Shown: in pieces, positions 59,271 through 64,000 of the stretch | Layout of the letters: each line of letters opens with the position of its first letter | Numbering within the stretch: the stretch's first letter is position 1 | From: Planctomycetota bacterium | GTDB taxonomy: Bacteria; Planctomycetota; UBA8108; SXIK01 | NCBI GenBank assembly: GCA_965223845.1 | Contig: CBDCXR010000004.1 | Coordinates: 2,080,001-2,144,000 of the forward strand | Direction: 5' to 3' | DNA: 64,000 nucleotides | The notes under the pieces: generated by a model | Databases searched by the model: none | Seen by the model: only the letters and a program-made list of their open reading frames with translations | Told to the model about the DNA's origin: nothing | Translations under genes and position numbers: made by a program

Positions 59271-60827
59271 TCACCCGCCCTGGTGTTTCGATAGGTACTC
59301 CGCGACCGCCTTGTCGACGACGAGCTTCTTCACACCGAGCTCGGCCGCTTTCTTGCGCGTCACTTCGAGCGGGACGCCGTGCTCCATCCCGATGTAGAGA
59401 GCCCAGAGACCCCAGACCCGGTTCGCGTTCGAGCCGTGGATCAAAACGGGCCCCTTTTTCTTCGCCGCGCGGACGGCGGCGAGAAACTCGTTCGCCGCCT
59501 TTTCGTCGAAGGTCTGCGGTGCGACCGGCATGTGGATGTACTTGATCCCGAGCTCTTCGACCGCGACGTCCTCGTCGAATCCGAGTCCGAACAGCTCGCG
59601 TGCCATCCTCACGTTGATTACGGTCTTTACGCCTTCGTCCTGCGCGGTGTAGAAGTCCGGCTGCGCCGGCTGCCCGGCGAGATGGAAGTCGCCGAGTTGA
59701 TGCGAAACACCGCGCAGAACGCGGATCTTGGATGGCTTCGGCTCAAGCGCAGCGGGCCACTTTCCCCAGTCCTTGCCGCGAGGTTTTCGCGCCGCCCCGG
59801 GACCGACCGCTTTCGGCGGTGTCGCCGCCGCGAGGCTCGCTCGATCGACGCCGGCCTGGTATGGCGTGCCAACACCCGCCTCGGCGACCGCGCTGTTCCA
59901 GGTGCGGATTCCGAGGTCGCGGACGACGAGCGCCTGCGCCCAACGATCAGAGAGCTCGACTCCGTCCGGACCGACGATGGAGTAGGGGGGCGGACCGAGC
60001 TCGCTCTTAAAAACGAAGACGTCTCCCGGCCGAGCGTTCTTCAGCCATGCAACCATCGCCTGCTTCCACCAACCGGCAAAGCGGCGAGCTTCTTGGGTGT
60101 CGCCTTTGTCACCGACGTCGATTTGCGCCTGCGCTCCGTTCCCGATTCGCCCGTCGACCATGCCGGTCCGAGCGAGCACCGCGTCGAAAGCAGCCTTGAT
60201 CTCGCCCCGCACGGGCCCGTTGACGCCGTACGAAATCACGAAGTGGGAAAGATCGGCGTGAAGCTGGATCCCCGGGAGCTCCCTCGCCCAGCGCCCCGTG
60301 AGCACCAGATCCTGCGTGATGGTCCGGCGGTGAGTCTCGACGTAGAAGGGAAGCTTCGCTTCACGACAACGTGCCGACATCGCACGGATCTTCTCCGCTC
60401 CTTCGTCGAACGTAACGAAGGTCGGACGGATCATGGCGACGAGTCCGCGTGCGTTCATTTCTTTCGCCGCCGCGATCGCTTCGTCGAGCTCCGCGACCGT
60501 GCTCGGGGCGCACTGAAGAGTGAGAGCTAGACCGTGCTTCGCCGCGAGATCGCGGTAGGCGTTTCGCTCGCCCGGTTCTCGCGGAAGAAAGAGCATGAAG
60601 CCGTCGAACCCGGACTTCGCGATGTTCGAAATCTTGTCCTCTCGCGACCATTCCGGACCGCCGCGAGGGAGACCCCGCATCGCCCAGATCGCCTGTTCGA
60701 CGCTAAGGCGCGGGGCGCGTTCCGAGCCGTCGTTGATCCAGTGAGCCGGCTCGGCGCGAGTCAAGGTGGATTGAACTATGAGAAGAGCGAGGACCGAGAA
60801 CCGGGCAAAGCGTAGGAAGTTTCGCAT
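59271..60827 (-). CDS. Secreted sugar isomerase/epimerase TIM barrel fused to a PTP/DUF442-like domain
   Basis: Signal peptide; YVETHR..ITQD, ADLSHF, ELGPPPY, DRWAQA; C-domain LAGQP...GVKTVINVR...YIHMPV...PVLIHGSNANR. Confidence 0.75.
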   Translation of the reverse strand: MRNFLRFARFSVLALLIVQSTLTRAEPAHWINDGSERAPRLSVEQAIWAMRGLPRGGPEWSREDKISNIAKSGFDGFMLFLPREPGERNAYRDLAAKHGLALTLQCAPSTVAELDEAIAAAKEMNARGLVAMIRPTFVTFDEGAEKIRAMSARCREAKLPFYVETHRRTITQDLVLTGRWARELPGIQLHADLSHFVISYGVNGPVRGEIKAAFDAVLARTGMVDGRIGNGAQAQIDVGDKGDTQEARRFAGWWKQAMVAWLKNARPGDVFVFKSELGPPPYSIVGPDGVELSDRWAQALVVRDLGIRTWNSAVAEAGVGTPYQAGVDRASLAAATPPKAVGPGAARKPRGKDWGKWPAALEPKPSKIRVLRGVSHQLGDFHLAGQPAQPDFYTAQDEGVKTVINVRMARELFGLGFDEDVAVEELGIKYIHMPVAPQTFDEKAANEFLAAVRAAKKKGPVLIHGSNANRVWGLWALYIGMEHGVPLEVTRKKAAELGVKKLVVDKAVAEYLSKHQGG

Positions 60828-61175
60828 GATGGAGTCTCGAGGTAGCGGAGTTTTCGACCGGGAGCGGTGAAGATCGTCAGACTACCACTCGCTGTCGGCC
60901 TTTGCACGACGCCGCCCGCCCGAACGTAGCCCTCACCAGAGGTGATCGCTCGGACCGTTTGACGAGGCCGATCGAAGCGGCTTCATTTCAGCCCCGGGGA
61001 TCGCTGGACGCACGCGGGGACCTGCCGAGTCGCCGCCGGTACCCCGTCGTGAGCAGTTTCGATTCATGAGCTGATAGGGTTACAGGAACTGAACGGCGCT
61101 GTACACTCGTTCTATCGGCGGGTTCGCGCGCGGAGCGCGAGTTCTGGGGAGGAGAAGTCCGGAGCAGGAGATACT

Positions 61176-64000
61176 TTGAACCCATCGCACGCAGTGTCGT
61201 CGCGGGTCGGTTGGGGAATCCGTTTCACACTCGTCGTGATCGTGCTCTCGCTCGCGCCGGGTCTCGCCCGCGCGTTCTCGATCATCCCGCCGGCCGACCT
61301 CGGCCAGCTCGCGTCGCAGGCGGAGGCAGTGGTCTTAGCGAGCGCGGGAGAGTCGAGCGCTGCGAGTCGGGGAGCGCTCGTCTTTACGACGACCGAGTTT
61401 CACGTCGACGATGTCGTCGCCGGTCCGATTCGAGTGGGCGACGCCGTCGACGTCGTCTGTCCGGGAGGGATCGCCGACGATCGCGAGTGGATCGTCGATG
61501 GTTCACCGCGTTTCGTTTCCGGCGAGAGATATCTCCTTTTCCTCGACGCGCGTCCCGGCGGCACGTGGATCCCCAAGCTCCTCAGCTACGGCCTCCTGCG
61601 CGAAGCCGTCGCAGGCGACGGACGAGCGCTCCTCACCCCGATCGCCACGCGACCCGGCGCGAGCTTCCGCGCGCCGAACGGCGAGATTCCGGAGTCCATC
61701 GCGACATACGAGCGCGACGATCTTCTCATTCACCTCTCGCACGTGCTGAGCGGTCGAGATCGATGGACCGGCGAGACTCTCGCAGTCGAACCTGCGGTCG
61801 AGGATCTCCCGGGAATCGCGGGCGACGTCCCGGCCGGCTGCACCTACTTTGTCAGCAGCAATCGCAACACGCGCTGGCGCGCATTCGATTCGTCCGGCCG
61901 CGCCGAGATCCGCGTGCGCACTCCGGGCGATGGGCTCCTCACCGGCGGCGGTGTGAAGGAGGTCGTCCAGGCGATGAATCGCTGGATGGAGGTCGACGGA
62001 ACTGGCGTCAATCTCGTCCTCGAAGGAACGACGGCGGCGAGTGTCGCCTGCTCCGGAGGGAGCAACGACACGCTCGAGAACGCCATCGTCTTCAACGATC
62101 CGTGCTTCGACATCGCGGACTCGGAAGGTTGCGGCGGCGTTCTCGCCTTCGGCGGACCACTCCTTTCCGGTACACATTCCTTCGACGGCGCGTCGTGGGC
62201 GACGATCTCGGGCTGGGTCGTCGTCGTCAACAACGAGGCGAGCTGTATCGGCAGTCGCAACTTTTCGTTCATGCTAGCGCACGAGCTCGGCCACGGACTC
62301 GGCTTCGGGCACGTGAGCGATCCAAACGCGCTCATGTGGGAAGCGTGCTGCAATCCGGTGAACAGTACGGATCGCCGCTGCGTGACTTACACGTACCCGC
62401 AAGAAAACCCGGACAATGAGCGGCCGACGGTCGACGCCGGCTCCGACCTCGATCTCGCCCTTCCCGATCGCACTCTGCGGCTCGCCGGAACGGCGGACGA
62501 TGTCGACGGACCGCAGCCGCTCACGACGAGCTGGGCGCAGGTGAGCGGTCCCGGACTCGTAACGTTCGCGGACCCGAGCGCTCTCTCGACGACGGCGACG
62601 TTCTCCCGCTCGGGAGTCTACGTCCTCACACTTACCGCCGACGACGGCGAGTTGATTCGATCCGACGCGATTCTCGTCTCCGTCGCCATCGGAACCGGAC
62701 CGATTCACCGCCTGACATTTCGACAAGGCACCGATGGCTACACCGCGGCGATCGACACGATTCTCCGCGAAGCCTCTCCGCAGGCGACGGCGCCGAGCGG
62801 AACGGCGCTCACCATCGACGGCGAAGACACGAACGATCTCGAGGTCCATTCGCTTCTGCGCTTCGGGAGTCTCTTCGGAACGTCCGAACGTCAGGTTCCT
62901 CCGGGGGCCGAGGTGACACTCGCAACTCTCTCGGTCGCGACGACGGACGAAGGGAGCGGGGCGCGATTCTACCGTATGACGGAGCCGTGGGAGGAGCGGT
63001 CGAGCTGGTCGACGTTCGGTGCGACCGGAATTCGACGCGGAGTCCACACCCTGTCGAGCGCCGAAGACACCATCGAAGGACATCCGGGCGCGGTCACGAT
63101 CGACGTCACGGCGAGCGTCGCCGCATGGAGCGAAGAGCCGTGCGCCAACCTGGGATGGGCGCTCCTTCCGATCGGCACGAACGGCTGGACCTTTTCATCC
63201 ACTGAAGGCGGCGATCGCCCCTTGCTCGTCGTCGAATACGTCGCGGAGGACGATCTTCCGCTCATCTCGGTCGGCGACGATTGGAGATATTTGAAGGGAC
63301 GCGCTCCGCCTCCGGCCGATTGGCACGCGCTCGACTTCACTCCCGATGACGAGTGGCTCATCGGGCCGACCGGGATCGGCTACGGCGACGGCGATGATGC
63401 GACGATCCTCTCTGATATGGAGGACAACTACCTCACCGTCTACGCTCGGCGCGAGTTCGAGGTGACGAGTGCGGCCGCGGTCGGGCGACTCGTCCTCGAC
63501 ATCGACTACGACGATGGCTTTGTCGCGTACCTGAACGGAGACGAGGTCGCACGGTCGGCGTCGATGGGAGCGGCGGGCAGCCCCGTCGCCTACAACACTG
63601 CCGCGTCCTCGCACGACGCCGGCGCGGTCGAATCCTTTACCATCGGCACCGACTCGCTTCGTGACGGAACGAACGTCCTCGCCATCGAGGTGCACAACTC
63701 CACGCTCGGGAGCAGCGACCTTTCGCTGCTTCCCTCACTCTCCGCGGCGCGAAACTTCATCGAGCCGGGTGCCGAGTGGACGTTCCGTCGAGGGTCGGAG
63801 GCGATTCCGGTGGACTGGACGAATCCGGCGTTCGACGATGCCGACTGGGAACGCGGACGCGCGGGCATCGGCTACGGCGATGGCGACGATGCAACCGTCC
63901 TCGCAGACATGGAAGGCAACTACGCGTCCGTCTTCTGCCGGAAACGATTCTTCGTCGCGCCGGGAACCGCGTTCGATGAAGCGCTTCTCTCGGTCGTCTA
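61176..64000 (+). CDS. Large secreted matrixin-like zinc metalloprotease with PKD/Ig, DNRLRE-like and repeated beta-sandwich domains (3'-truncated)
   Basis: Absent from the ORF track because it has no stop in the window. TTG 61176 follows AGGAG; signal peptide; HELGHGLGFGH..DPNALM at ~62280-62337; NERPTVDAG PKD; repeated W..G..GIGYGDGDDAT.L.DM motifs; frame open to the end. Confidence 0.8.
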   Translation, partial: MNPSHAVSSRVGWGIRFTLVVIVLSLAPGLARAFSIIPPADLGQLASQAEAVVLASAGESSAASRGALVFTTTEFHVDDVVAGPIRVGDAVDVVCPGGIADDREWIVDGSPRFVSGERYLLFLDARPGGTWIPKLLSYGLLREAVAGDGRALLTPIATRPGASFRAPNGEIPESIATYERDDLLIHLSHVLSGRDRWTGETLAVEPAVEDLPGIAGDVPAGCTYFVSSNRNTRWRAFDSSGRAEIRVRTPGDGLLTGGGVKEVVQAMNRWMEVDGTGVNLVLEGTTAASVACSGGSNDTLENAIVFNDPCFDIADSEGCGGVLAFGGPLLSGTHSFDGASWATISGWVVVVNNEASCIGSRNFSFMLAHELGHGLGFGHVSDPNALMWEACCNPVNSTDRRCVTYTYPQENPDNERPTVDAGSDLDLALPDRTLRLAGTADDVDGPQPLTTSWAQVSGPGLVTFADPSALSTTATFSRSGVYVLTLTADDGELIRSDAILVSVAIGTGPIHRLTFRQGTDGYTAAIDTILREASPQATAPSGTALTIDGEDTNDLEVHSLLRFGSLFGTSERQVPPGAEVTLATLSVATTDEGSGARFYRMTEPWEERSSWSTFGATGIRRGVHTLSSAEDTIEGHPGAVTIDVTASVAAWSEEPCANLGWALLPIGTNGWTFSSTEGGDRPLLVVEYVAEDDLPLISVGDDWRYLKGRAPPPADWHALDFTPDDEWLIGPTGIGYGDGDDATILSDMEDNYLTVYARREFEVTSAAAVGRLVLDIDYDDGFVAYLNGDEVARSASMGAAGSPVAYNTAASSHDAGAVESFTIGTDSLRDGTNVLAIEVHNSTLGSSDLSLLPSLSAARNFIEPGAEWTFRRGSEAIPVDWTNPAFDDADWERGRAGIGYGDGDDATVLADMEGNYASVFCRKRFFVAPGTAFDEALLSVV

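Overview
High-GC bacterial window, most likely from a Planctomycetota genome (inferred from two DUF1549/DUF1553 + DUF1501 gene pairs, a planctomycete-type cytochrome c domain, 'RGDxNxDG' dockerin-like C-termini and an ECF-associated-type Ser/Thr kinase). No rRNA, tRNA, CRISPR array or transposase was recognised. The main feature is a ~16 kb minus-strand operon (22888->6768) encoding a compact contractile injection system (CIS): Pvc16-like cap, one sheath, one tube, a long low-complexity protein, tube initiator, VgrG spike, PAAR-like tip, gp25, a baseplate J with an inserted beta-propeller, and a tail-I protein. No AAA+ ATPase or tail fibre is visible in it. The operon opens with a translationally coupled multi-TM patatin phospholipase and ends with three membrane proteins (one with PKD-PKD-PASTA domains) and a CREST/ceramidase-like hydrolase, suggesting a membrane-associated, lipid-remodelling CIS. 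Other loci: an RRE/PqqD-S26 peptidase + nucleotidyltransferase + HPr-kinase-like modification cassette with no visible precursor peptide, beside a secreted dockerin-tailed protein; a PaoABC-like molybdoenzyme with XdhC/MocA and Cys-rich accessory genes; a kinase-hydrolase-degenerate cyclase fusion; a 13-bp x10 tandem repeat made of the RBS and start codon of a cupin gene; and a large secreted matrixin-like protease running off the right end. All family calls come from motif recognition by eye, not database searches.
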